In this document: one piece after another, positions 1 through 7,376 of the stretch | Numbering within the stretch: position 1 is the first letter of the stretch | Layout of the letters: each line of letters starts with the position of its first letter | Assembly (NCBI GenBank): GCA_001643475.1 | Contig: LXTK01000241.1 | Location: 483-35,189, forward strand | Direction of reading: 5' to 3' | DNA: 34,707 bases | Origin: Proteobacteria bacterium SPGG2 | Lineage (GTDB): Bacteria > Pseudomonadota > Gammaproteobacteria > Acidiferrobacterales > SPGG2 | Position numbers and translations under genes: made by a program | Notes under the pieces: model-generated | The model's input: only the letters and a program-made list of their open reading frames with translations | What the model was told of the DNA's origin: nothing | Database searches by the model: none

Positions 1-1
1 G

Positions 2-394
2 GGCGATACCTTCGGCGCCCTGGTGGCGGGTTTTGAATATACCTTTTATCAGGTCAAGAAAAGCGTCGTCGATGTCGGCGTGTTATTAGAGTATCTGTAC
101 GACGGGCGCGACGAGGATCCCGCCATAGCCCCGCCTACGCCATTTGACAATGATATATTCGTCGGCACGCGCATGGCGCTGAATGATGTCCAGGATACCT
201 CGATCCTCGCCGGCGCGACGATTGATATCGATGATCAATCGACCATATTTATTGCCGAAGCCGAACGGCGGCTAAGCGATCGTTGGAGGCTAGTCGTCAA
301 AGGCCGTTTCTTTATCAATGTCGAGGATGATCCGCTGCTGCGGAATTTTGAGAACGACAGCTACGTCGACATCAGCGTGCGTCGGCATTTTTGA
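2..394 (+). CDS. C-terminal part of a putative outer-membrane beta-barrel protein (5' end lies outside the window)
   Basis: The frame is open to the window edge. The peptide has alternating hydrophobic/polar strand-like segments and ends ...ISVRRHF, with the terminal Phe typical of an OMP C-terminal signature. No family recognised. Confidence 0.45.
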   Translation, partial: GDTFGALVAGFEYTFYQVKKSVVDVGVLLEYLYDGRDEDPAIAPPTPFDNDIFVGTRMALNDVQDTSILAGATIDIDDQSTIFIAEAERRLSDRWRLVVKGRFFINVEDDPLLRNFENDSYVDISVRRHF

Positions 395-834
395 GGGATG
401 CGCAGGAACGACCGGTTCACGGATCACTGATAACGGTTAACGGAATCACTGATTACGCTTCACCGTTCACCAGTCACGGCCCACGCCTCACGGTGTATTG
501 AATCCTTAGTCCTTTTTGAGGCCGGATCTGTGCTCTTTATTGATGGGGAGGTGATCGATAAGCCACGTTCTGGCTGGCAACATAGCTACAGGTGTAATCA
601 AGCTGTAGATCTCTCCGTGGTTAACGCCGGCCTGCTGTTTACGAGTGTCCGCTATTGGCCGGTTGCTGTCCTTCAGTAGGTCATATATTCAGTTAACCGA
701 ACGGCTGCTTCTAGGCGAAAGCGGCCATAGGAATTTTGAAGCAAAACCACGCGCCTACGAATTTGCGAGTGGCTGCTTGGGGTCGTTTCCCTGTCCCGTG
801 AGTGTCCCACCGTGAAAAGAAAAGACCGTTTATT

Positions 835-908
835 TGGCTGGGGGACGAGGATTCGAACCTCGGTTGGCGGAGTCAGAGTCCGCTGTCCTACCACTAGACG
901 ATCCCCCA
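835..908 (-). tRNA. tRNA-Gln (anticodon CUG)
   Basis: The reverse complement is TGGGGGATCGTCTAGTGGTAGGACAGCGGACTCTGACTCCGCCAACCGAGGTTCGAATCCTCGTCCCCCAGCCA. It has a 7-bp acceptor stem, a D arm, an anticodon stem GCGGA/TCCGC with loop CT-CTG-AC, a GGTTCGAATCC T-loop and an encoded CCA. It closely resembles E. coli tRNA-Gln2. Confidence 0.95.
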
Positions 909-1136
909 TTATTTAAATGCGAGTCGGAAGTAGCAAGTATAAAAGTATGCAGGGTTAAGGGGCCCTTTCTTCAGTGTAGTACTTGATCAGGCCCTGGACC
1001 ATCCGCGAAATCATGGTCCTTACAATCAGCTAATAGTTTGTAGAGATCAACACTCAACGGCAGCCACGTTTTCACACTTCAAGGCTTTCGAGTGCTTCCA
1101 TTCGGAGCCTTGCCACTCGCTACTTGTAACTTGCTA

Positions 1137-1535
1137 CTAGCGTTTTGAATACTGCGGCCGCTTGCGGGCTTTGTGGAGGCCGTACTTCTTGCGTTCTACT
1201 TCTCGCGCGTCGCGGGTAACGAAACCGGCGCTGCGTAAACGCGGACGCAGACCTTCATCATAGTCCATAAGGGCACGCGTGATGCCGTGACGAATGGCGC
1301 CCGCCTGCCCGCTCAGACCACCACCGCACACATTGGCAGTGACATCGAACTTTTCCTGCATGTCTACCGCCGCGAACGGTTGCCGAACGATCATGTGTGC
1401 TGTTTCGCGTCCGAAATATTCGTTCAGCGATCGATTGTTGACGGTAATAGTGCCCTTGCCCGGCTTGAGATAGATTCGCGCTGTTGCGGTCTTGCGCCGA
1501 CCGGTTCCATAGTTTACGTTTGTAACGGTTGCCAT
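1137..1535 (-). CDS. rpsI: 30S ribosomal protein S9
   Basis: A 132-aa ORF with ...[18 protein letters not shown]..., ...[19 protein letters not shown]... and a C-terminal ...RKRPQYSKR, all S9 hallmarks. It lies 19 nt downstream of rplM. Confidence 0.97.
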   Translation of the reverse strand: MATVTNVNYGTGRRKTATARIYLKPGKGTITVNNRSLNEYFGRETAHMIVRQPFAAVDMQEKFDVTANVCGGGLSGQAGAIRHGITRALMDYDEGLRPRLRSAGFVTRDAREVERKKYGLHKARKRPQYSKR

Positions 1536-1554
1536 GGTTATGGATTAGCTCGTC

Positions 1555-1983
1555 TCAGACTTCAAACGGTTTAGGGGCTTGCGCCTGGTGCTTGTGTTCC
1601 GGTCCGGCGTACACCTTGAGCTTCTTGAACATCGACCGGCCCAATGAATTCTTTGGCAGCATGCCTTTCACTGCAATTTCGATGATGCGTTCAGGGAATC
1701 TATGCTGCAGTTCCTTAAAGGAGATCGATTTCATACCGCCTTGGTAACCTGAATAGCGATGGTACATCTTGGCTTCTGCTTTCCTGCCGGTAACCTGCAC
1801 CCTATCTGCGTTGACCACGATCACGTAGTCACCGGTGTCAACGTGTGGTGTATATTCCGGCTTGTGCTTGCCACGCAGTCGACGAGCCACTTCGGTTGCC
1901 AAGCGACCGAGCACCTTGCCGGAAGCATCGACAACGCACCAATCCTGCTTAACGGTCGCCGCTTTTGCGGAGAAGGTCTTCAT
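1555..1983 (-). CDS. rplM: 50S ribosomal protein L13
   Basis: From the internal ATG at 1983 the peptide reads [59 protein letters not shown]..., 142 aa, the canonical L13 length and N-terminus. The 11-codon upstream extension in the ORF track is probably not translated. Confidence 0.96.
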   Translation of the reverse strand: MKTFSAKAATVKQDWCVVDASGKVLGRLATEVARRLRGKHKPEYTPHVDTGDYVIVVNADRVQVTGRKAEAKMYHRYSGYQGGMKSISFKELQHRFPERIIEIAVKGMLPKNSLGRSMFKKLKVYAGPEHKHQAQAPKPFEV

Positions 1984-2092
1984 TCGAAAGGGCCTGAAAG
2001 ACGGCGGATAGTACAAAACCAGCGTCTAAGATACAAGCTTGCAAGGCCTGTGGTGATGGCGCTTAGGACAATACTGGGTCCGAATTTAGGCC

Positions 2093-2123
2093 AAAAAAAA
2101 AGGCGTGGCCTAAGAGCCACGCC
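2093..2123 (-). terminator. Rho-independent terminator (minus strand)
   Basis: The minus strand reads GGCGTGGC-TCTTAG-GCCACGCC followed by T9. That is a perfect 8-bp GC-rich stem, a 6-nt loop and a U9 tail. On the plus strand the run is an upstream A9, so the element is unidirectional. Confidence 0.8.
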
Positions 2124-2254
2124 CGAACCACCACTAGGAGGATGGAGGAGCCTTTCATGCCTCATGCTAAAAAGCACAAAGCCGTAAATCGTACTGCTAT
2201 CTATAAACAAGCAAGGATCGCGCCAGTTCTTGTGATCCGACTAACAATGTTAAT
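2093..2254 (-). ncRNA. Candidate ~160-nt small RNA, or rplM leader/attenuator transcript
   Basis: It is delimited by the promoter at 2261-2288 and the terminator at 2093-2123. It contains a CU-rich CCUCCAUCCUCC tract just 5' of the terminator. No plausible minus-strand ORF is present. I did not match it to any RNA family I know. Confidence 0.35.
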
Positions 2255-2261
2255 ATCATAA
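2157..2261 (+). CDS. Hypothetical 34-aa peptide MPHAKKHKAVNRTAIYKQARIAPVLVIRLTMLIS, fully antisense to the candidate RNA
   Basis: The ATG is preceded by taGGAGGAtGGAGGAGcctttc, an SD 6 nt upstream. The ORF is too short for the supplied ORF track. I found no convincing plus-strand promoter, and the SD may simply be the mirror image of the RNA's CU tract. Confidence 0.2.
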   Translation: MPHAKKHKAVNRTAIYKQARIAPVLVIRLTMLIS

Positions 2262-2288
2262 TTATCTAATATTTGGACGCGTTGTCAA
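2261..2288 (-). promoter_or_regulatory. Near-consensus sigma70-type promoter (minus strand)
   Basis: The minus strand reads ccTTGACAacgcgtccaaatattaGATAATtatgata. The -35 is TTGACA (6/6), the spacer is 16 nt and the -10 is GATAAT (5/6), inside an AT-rich patch. The predicted start is near 2254. Confidence 0.55.
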
Positions 2289-2546
2289 GGCGGCCCAGAC
2301 AAGGTTTTCTGACGAACGGTTGATTCATAGTAAGTATATGAAACTTAATAATTTTATCTCGCGGTTGGCCGAGGATGAAAGCTACATCTGGGGTTGGTGT
2401 AGGCCGCAATCACGCCCGGTTGCACCCAAGGCGTCCATTTCGAGGCGCTGTTCGCCCGCTTGTCATGTCACGACCCAGCGTATTTGAGCGCCGTCACGCG
2501 TCAACCCCGTGCCATAGAGTGGCAAGCCCGTGACATTTGACGGCAC

Positions 2547-2879
2547 CTATATGCGCAACCGCTCAACGATGCGTCCGTGCAGCAAGTGCTCTTGAATGAT
2601 TTCGTCGATGTCGTCCTGATCTACATATGTATACCAGATCCCTTCGGGGTAGACGACGATGGTCGGGCCCTCCTCGCATCGGTCCAAGCAGCCGGACATG
2701 TTGACCCGTATTTCGCCCTTGCCGGCAAGCCCCAGCGACTTGATCTTGGCCTTGGCATAGTCGCGCATTTGCTGGGAACCGCTTTTGGCACAACATACGC
2801 TGCCGTCCTCACGATTATTGACGCAGAAAAACACATGACGACGATAATAGGGGGCGAATTCCGACACAGTTGCAATCAA
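2547..2879 (-). CDS. Thioredoxin-like [2Fe-2S] ferredoxin family protein
   Basis: The peptide has HVFFCVNNR...GSVCC...MSGCLDRCEEGPTIVVYPEGIWY, the Cys pattern and motifs of thioredoxin-like 2Fe-2S ferredoxins. The start is uncertain: TTG at 2879 or GTG at 2867, neither with an SD. Confidence 0.8.
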   Translation of the reverse strand: MIATVSEFAPYYRRHVFFCVNNREDGSVCCAKSGSQQMRDYAKAKIKSLGLAGKGEIRVNMSGCLDRCEEGPTIVVYPEGIWYTYVDQDDIDEIIQEHLLHGRIVERLRI

Positions 2880-2958
2880 TCAGAGTCAAGTAGCAAGATA
2901 CAGGGATGATAGTGCATCGAGCCAATGGGCGCATCTCACCCTTAGCTAGTTCAACGAT

Positions 2959-4230
2959 TTGACCGTAACCGACCTCGAATCTGCTATCAGGGATGAGGCC
3001 GCGCGTTGTGTGTCCTGCGGCCTTTGTTTGCCTCATTGCCCGACTTATCGGCAAACGCGAACCGAAAACGAGTCGCCGCGCGGCCGTATTGCGCTGATGC
3101 ATGCCATGGCCAGTGGCAATTTACCACTGACGGCACGTCTCGAGTCCCACCTCGCTTTATGCCTCGCTTGTCGAAACTGTGAAGCTGTCTGCCCCGCCAT
3201 GGTCAATTATGGTCAGCTCATCGATCACGGTCGCGCGCTAATCGAAGCACGACGGGCGCGCCCTCTTGCACAACGCCTCATACGCAAGATAGCCATGGAC
3301 ACATTGATCGCGCGCCCACGGCATCTTCGTGCCATCGCCCACGTACTGCGACTCTATCAGCGTAGCGGCCTGCAGTGGTCCCTACGCAAGATGCGGTTGC
3401 TGGCGCTTCTGGGGTTGTCACAATGGGATGCCAAACTGCCGCTGCTCCCAGCACAGACTAAATGGCGGCCCGTTTATCCGGGACGAGCACCCAAACGCGG
3501 TGATGTCGGCCTATTCATCGGTTGTGTTACCAGCATCGCTGACGGACAAACGCTGATGGCGGCGACGCGTGTGCTGAACGCACTTGGCTACGATGTACAT
3601 ATACCACCACACCAGGCGTGCTGCGGTGCGCTACACCAGCACGCCGGTGAATTAACCAAGGCAGCGGCGTTGATGCAGCAAAACGTTGCCGCGTTTGATA
3701 CCGACCGACTCGACGCCATCATCAGCATCGCCAGCGGTTGCGGCGCCATGCTCTCAGAATACAACGATTGCCTACAAGACGATCCACGTGCGCAGATATT
3801 CGCCTCAAAGACCCAAGACATTAGCCATTTCCTTGGCGACTGCGAATGGCCTAAGGAAGTATCACTGGCTCCGCTAGCGGCGCGTATCGCCGTACACGAT
3901 CCCTGCACACTGAAGAACGTCCTGCGCCACGAGGATAAACCCTATCGTCTGCTGGAAAAAATCCCCGCCGTGCAGCTATGCCCGTTACCGGAAAATGACC
4001 TTTGCTGTGGGGCGGCCGGTACTTACTTTCTGACACAGACTGAGATGGCCGAAGCATTACGCAACAGCAAACTGGAAGCGCTCAAACAAATAGTGCCTGA
4101 AGTTCTTGTCACATCTAATATAGGTTGCGCCCTGCATCTGGTGGATGGTATACGCGGCATGGACATGAATGTCGAAGTCACTCATCCAGTCGTTCTCATT
4201 GAACGCCAGCTGCGAATCAACATTACGTAG
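2959..4230 (+). CDS. glcF: GlcF-like (Fe-S)-binding oxidoreductase (glycolate oxidase iron-sulfur subunit family)
   Basis: There are two CxxCxxCxxxCP ferredoxin-type motifs (CVSCGLCLPHCP, CLACRNCEAVCP), followed by two cysteine-rich CCG-type domains (...QACCGA..., ...DLCCGAAG...). TTG start. No glcD or glcE is adjacent. Confidence 0.82.
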   Translation: MTVTDLESAIRDEAARCVSCGLCLPHCPTYRQTRTENESPRGRIALMHAMASGNLPLTARLESHLALCLACRNCEAVCPAMVNYGQLIDHGRALIEARRARPLAQRLIRKIAMDTLIARPRHLRAIAHVLRLYQRSGLQWSLRKMRLLALLGLSQWDAKLPLLPAQTKWRPVYPGRAPKRGDVGLFIGCVTSIADGQTLMAATRVLNALGYDVHIPPHQACCGALHQHAGELTKAAALMQQNVAAFDTDRLDAIISIASGCGAMLSEYNDCLQDDPRAQIFASKTQDISHFLGDCEWPKEVSLAPLAARIAVHDPCTLKNVLRHEDKPYRLLEKIPAVQLCPLPENDLCCGAAGTYFLTQTEMAEALRNSKLEALKQIVPEVLVTSNIGCALHLVDGIRGMDMNVEVTHPVVLIERQLRINIT

Positions 4231-4302
4231 CCGAGCTCGACACACACAAATCGGTCGATCTTTACCCCTCTCACTAGCAACTGACCATGGGACTGTTGTA
4301 TC

Positions 4303-4956
4303 TTGTCTAGTATGAATACAAAACCTTTTTCTCGTCTCGACCGGATCATTGATCAATGTGACGATGGCCTTCGCACGCTATTTGCGCCGGCACCAAGCGC
4401 TGAACGTGCTAATCCAGCGGCGGGTGTCGTCGAGACCAACTTAGTAGACGCGGAGCGAGAACTTTCTGCACGTTTGATGCGGGTCAATCATGCCGGTGAA
4501 GTGTGTGCGCAGGCGTTATACCGTGGGCAGGCGGCAAGCGCCCAAACCCCTGGGGTGCGTAAGAAGCTAGCGCAATCGGCGGCGGAAGAGAACGATCACC
4601 TCGCATGGACCGAGGCACGAATTAACGAGCTCGGTAGTCACACTAGTTACCTAAATCCGATCTGGTACGCAGGATCATTCATGATCGGGGCGCTGGCTGG
4701 TCTCGTCGGCGACAAATGGAGCCTCGGATTTGTCGCCGAAACTGAGCGCCAGGTTGTTGTTCACCTAAAAGAACACCTAGCTCGGCTCCCCACTCAGGAT
4801 CAAGCAAGTCGCGCGGTTCTGGAACAGATGTGTAAGGATGAAGGTCATCACGCCACGGTAGCGATCGAGGCCGGCGCCGCGCCCCTACCGACCGCCGCCC
4901 GTCGTCTCATGCGATTTAGTGCGAAAATAATGACACGAACTGCGTATTGGATATAA
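4303..4956 (+). CDS. coq7: Demethoxyubiquinone hydroxylase, COQ7 family di-iron enzyme
   Basis: The peptide has RVNHAGEVCAQALYRGQ, AEENDHLAW and EGHHA, which are the E..H di-iron ligand motifs. The 217-aa length is typical of bacterial Coq7. Confidence 0.9.
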   Translation: MSSMNTKPFSRLDRIIDQCDDGLRTLFAPAPSAERANPAAGVVETNLVDAERELSARLMRVNHAGEVCAQALYRGQAASAQTPGVRKKLAQSAAEENDHLAWTEARINELGSHTSYLNPIWYAGSFMIGALAGLVGDKWSLGFVAETERQVVVHLKEHLARLPTQDQASRAVLEQMCKDEGHHATVAIEAGAAPLPTAARRLMRFSAKIMTRTAYWI

Positions 4957-4960
4957 CAAA

Positions 4961-5034
4961 AGTAGTGGCTGGCGAGGAAAACATTGAAGAATTTTCGGCC
5001 AAACCGAATCGCTCGCTAACAGCCACTCGCTACT
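4961..5034. repeat. Long imperfect inverted repeat (stem-loop) between convergent coq7 and the MFS gene
   Basis: AGTAGTGGCTGGCGAG (4961-4976) pairs with CTCGCTAACAGCCACTCGCTACT (5012-5034), about 16 bp with two bulges. It encloses an inner hairpin TTCGG-ccaaa-CCGAA. There is no U-tract. It carries the dispersed GCCACTCGCTACT motif. Confidence 0.5.
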
Positions 5035-5198
5035 GATTTCAATTGCCATGCAGGCTACAGACTCCGACGACAACAAAAACTAGGCATTACTGTTTCGCGA
5101 GTGCGTCGTTGGGGATGGCCGGCGTATCTTCGGATTCACTTCTCATAAGCCCGCGCATTATAGACCAGCACTATCCAGCACGTTTCCGCTTGCTCGAA

Positions 5199-6467
5199 CT
5201 ACGCCATATCCGAGGGCCTTCGTACCGGGCTTCGGCCAGCAGACACAAGATACCAGATCAACCCTGCCACCTGCAGTGCCAACATCATCGCCAATGCGGC
5301 TTGATAAGCCGGGGGCGGGTAACCACCGGTTGACGTCGTCGGCCAGAGGTTTATGAGCACACCGATTCCCCACTGACAGGCGAATGCGGTCGTAAATACC
5401 AGTAAGTTGAGTCCAGTAATAACACGCCCCACAAGTGGGGCGGGAAAACTCTGCGAAAGCACTGCGTACGGAATAATGCTGGTAGTGCCAAAGAAACCGA
5501 ACAACATCCAGAGAGGTAACGCCATGTTACGCCACCCGAGCATAAGCATCGCCTGCATCAACAAGGAAACCACCATACCGATGCCGGCAACCGTCATGGG
5601 CTGGATACCTCGTCGACTCAACCGTTCGGCCACCGCACCCATAAGGACAAAACCCGCGATCATCGCCATCGCAATAAATGCCAAATAATCGGCGGCCGCT
5701 CCGCGCTCGAGACCCGCCACGTCACGCAACCATGGACCTACCCATAGCCCCAGAATCGATAGGAAAGCAGCCTGCGCCATCACCGTCCATGGCGCAATGC
5801 GCCAAAAAACCGGACTTGTGAATACTTGCCCAATGCCGCGTACCTGTTCGCTAAAGCTCGTGACCGGCACGTCACGCTTGCGTTCGGGAACAATTAAAAA
5901 AATGAGACCAGCAACAACCAAGGTACAAATGCCCAGCCCTATGAACACACCGCGCCAGGTGGTCACTTGTAGTGCGGCCTCTACCGGTGTGGTGGCAGCC
6001 AACGCACCTAGCCCGCCGGCTGCCATTTGTAACCCATTGACGAGTGGCAAACGCCTACTAGGAAACCATAAGACAAAGGCCTTGAACGCCGCCATCAGGC
6101 AGGCCGATACCCCGACGCCGACGAGTGCACGACCAACCATCAAACCGGCCGTCGAGTGCGCGTTGGCAAATACAAATGCCCCTGTCGCTGCAAACAGTAG
6201 TAGTACCGCCTCGGTTCTACGTGGTCCAAAACGGTCTAGCAGGACGCCGAGCGGTAACTGGAAAAATGCAAATGTTAGAAAGTAGGCGCTTGTCAGAAGA
6301 CCAAGATCAGCGGCATTGAGATCGACATCAGCCGCGAGATTCGGCGCAATGACCGCATTGATAGTCCGATATAAATAGGAAAGAAAGTAACCAAGCGCAA
6401 ACGGGACAAATACGCGCACCAAGGTTGCTAATGAAGGGTATGGCTTTGTGGGTGAGTTCGATTCCAT
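5199..6467 (-). CDS. MFS transporter
   Basis: About 12 predicted hydrophobic helices, with an MFS-like loop motif LGVLLDRFGPRR between TM2 and TM3. The start is ATG at 6467 (MESNS...) or ATG at 6494, and neither has a strong SD. Confidence 0.85.
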   Translation of the reverse strand: MESNSPTKPYPSLATLVRVFVPFALGYFLSYLYRTINAVIAPNLAADVDLNAADLGLLTSAYFLTFAFFQLPLGVLLDRFGPRRTEAVLLLFAATGAFVFANAHSTAGLMVGRALVGVGVSACLMAAFKAFVLWFPSRRLPLVNGLQMAAGGLGALAATTPVEAALQVTTWRGVFIGLGICTLVVAGLIFLIVPERKRDVPVTSFSEQVRGIGQVFTSPVFWRIAPWTVMAQAAFLSILGLWVGPWLRDVAGLERGAAADYLAFIAMAMIAGFVLMGAVAERLSRRGIQPMTVAGIGMVVSLLMQAMLMLGWRNMALPLWMLFGFFGTTSIIPYAVLSQSFPAPLVGRVITGLNLLVFTTAFACQWGIGVLINLWPTTSTGGYPPPAYQAALAMMLALQVAGLIWYLVSAGRSPVRRPSDMA

Positions 6468-6623
6468 GGCCCGCCATACTAAGCAACCACGCATCGCCGT
6501 ACCAGCGCGGTCTTGCTTGCCGTATTACGTTAGGCACCGCGCATTCTAATCGCGGCAGAGAAAGTTGTGAGTGTTACTGGAGAAGCCCGTCGGGCAAACC
6601 CGAACGTCCTATCTCTTAGCCGG

Positions 6624-7004
6624 TCAATAGAGCAGGTAAAGACTCGCAGAAATTACCAACATACCAAGGGTCGCTCCCATGACAACCACTGCACTGAGGA
6701 ATGGCGTGTTGGAATTGACCTGTTCCGCCGGTTGTGTGACGCCAAATTCGGTCGGAGCAAGAGTTCCCTCGGCATCTGCTTGCAAAACATGGCGACACAG
6801 TTGACGCACCCAGTAGGGAACGATGGAACGAAACATATAGGGAACAAAGAACTTCTCAATTGAGCGCTCGGAAGCGTCGCATCCATGCCAGTGGCGATAG
6901 GCCATGCGAAACAAATTGAACTCCGTGACCTGCAGCAGGGCGGCTGTGTCTAGCACATTGCGAACGTCCAGCGGGATCGATTTCTCACACTCGACAAAAA
7001 ACAT
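6624..7004 (-). CDS. Hypothetical protein with a C-terminal transmembrane anchor
   Basis: A 126-aa ORF. A good SD (GGAAGGGAG) lies 7 nt upstream of the ATG. The C-terminus has a hydrophobic helix, FLSAVVVMGATLGMLVISASLYLLY. No family recognised. Confidence 0.6.
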   Translation of the reverse strand: MFFVECEKSIPLDVRNVLDTAALLQVTEFNLFRMAYRHWHGCDASERSIEKFFVPYMFRSIVPYWVRQLCRHVLQADAEGTLAPTEFGVTQPAEQVNSNTPFLSAVVVMGATLGMLVISASLYLLY

Positions 7005-7170
7005 GATCAGACTCCCTTCCGAGAAGGATGAACTCGTTGCGGTCTTTTAGTGCGAAGACGGCGTGGGGATCATCGGGCCGCCGTGGTGCAAGCTGGCCTT
7101 GCAGACCCATGATGCTCAATAGCAGCAAAAACCGAGCCACCTCCGCACCAACCACCTGTTCAGTGAGCAC
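6985..7170 (-). CDS. Hypothetical small protein (61 aa, GTG start) overlapping the next gene by 20 nt
   Basis: The only support is the open frame and its overlap with the start and SD of the 126-aa gene. It has no SD and no recognisable motif. Confidence 0.2.
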   Translation of the reverse strand: MLTEQVVGAEVARFLLLLSIMGLQGQLAPRRPDDPHAVFALKDRNEFILLGRESDHVFCRV

Positions 7171-7376
7171 GAGCGGCGCCCATGGCCTCCGCGTATCGGT
7201 GACGGCAGAAAAGCTGAAACAATTCCAAGGGTTATAGACCCAAACGCCTAGGTGGCCGGCTATCTTGGCCCCACACCTGCCGCTTGGGCCCGGACTTAGT
7301 TAGTCGGGTCCGGCTTCGCCATGCCGCCGCCGGCGTCATTCCAGTGACACCAGACGGCAACTCATGGCTATCAAGC

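Noticed and set aside
673-909. A 78-aa minus-strand ORF.
   Set aside because: It is read straight through the tRNA-Gln gene (835-908). It has no SD and its composition is not protein-like.
1080-1119. Interleaved complementary arms (CGAGTG/CACTCG and CAAGGCT/AGCCTTG) suggest an H-type pseudoknot 3' of rpsI.
   Set aside because: The loop lengths (1, 11 and 2 nt) are sterically poor for a pseudoknot. The arms are more likely alternative hairpins of the rpsI 3' end, and nothing else supports a pseudoknot.
2355-2420. GCGGTTGGCC... resembles a tmRNA segment, and the region looks structured.
   Set aside because: There is no tRNA-like 5' GGGGCTGA... or 3' T-arm/ACCA end, and no tag reading frame. 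The match is a short coincidence.
2338-2505. A 55-codon plus-strand ORF (MKLNNFISRLAEDESYIWGW...) in the ferredoxin-rplM spacer.
   Set aside because: It has no SD. The second half is Arg/Pro/Ser-rich and not protein-like. At most it is a gene remnant.
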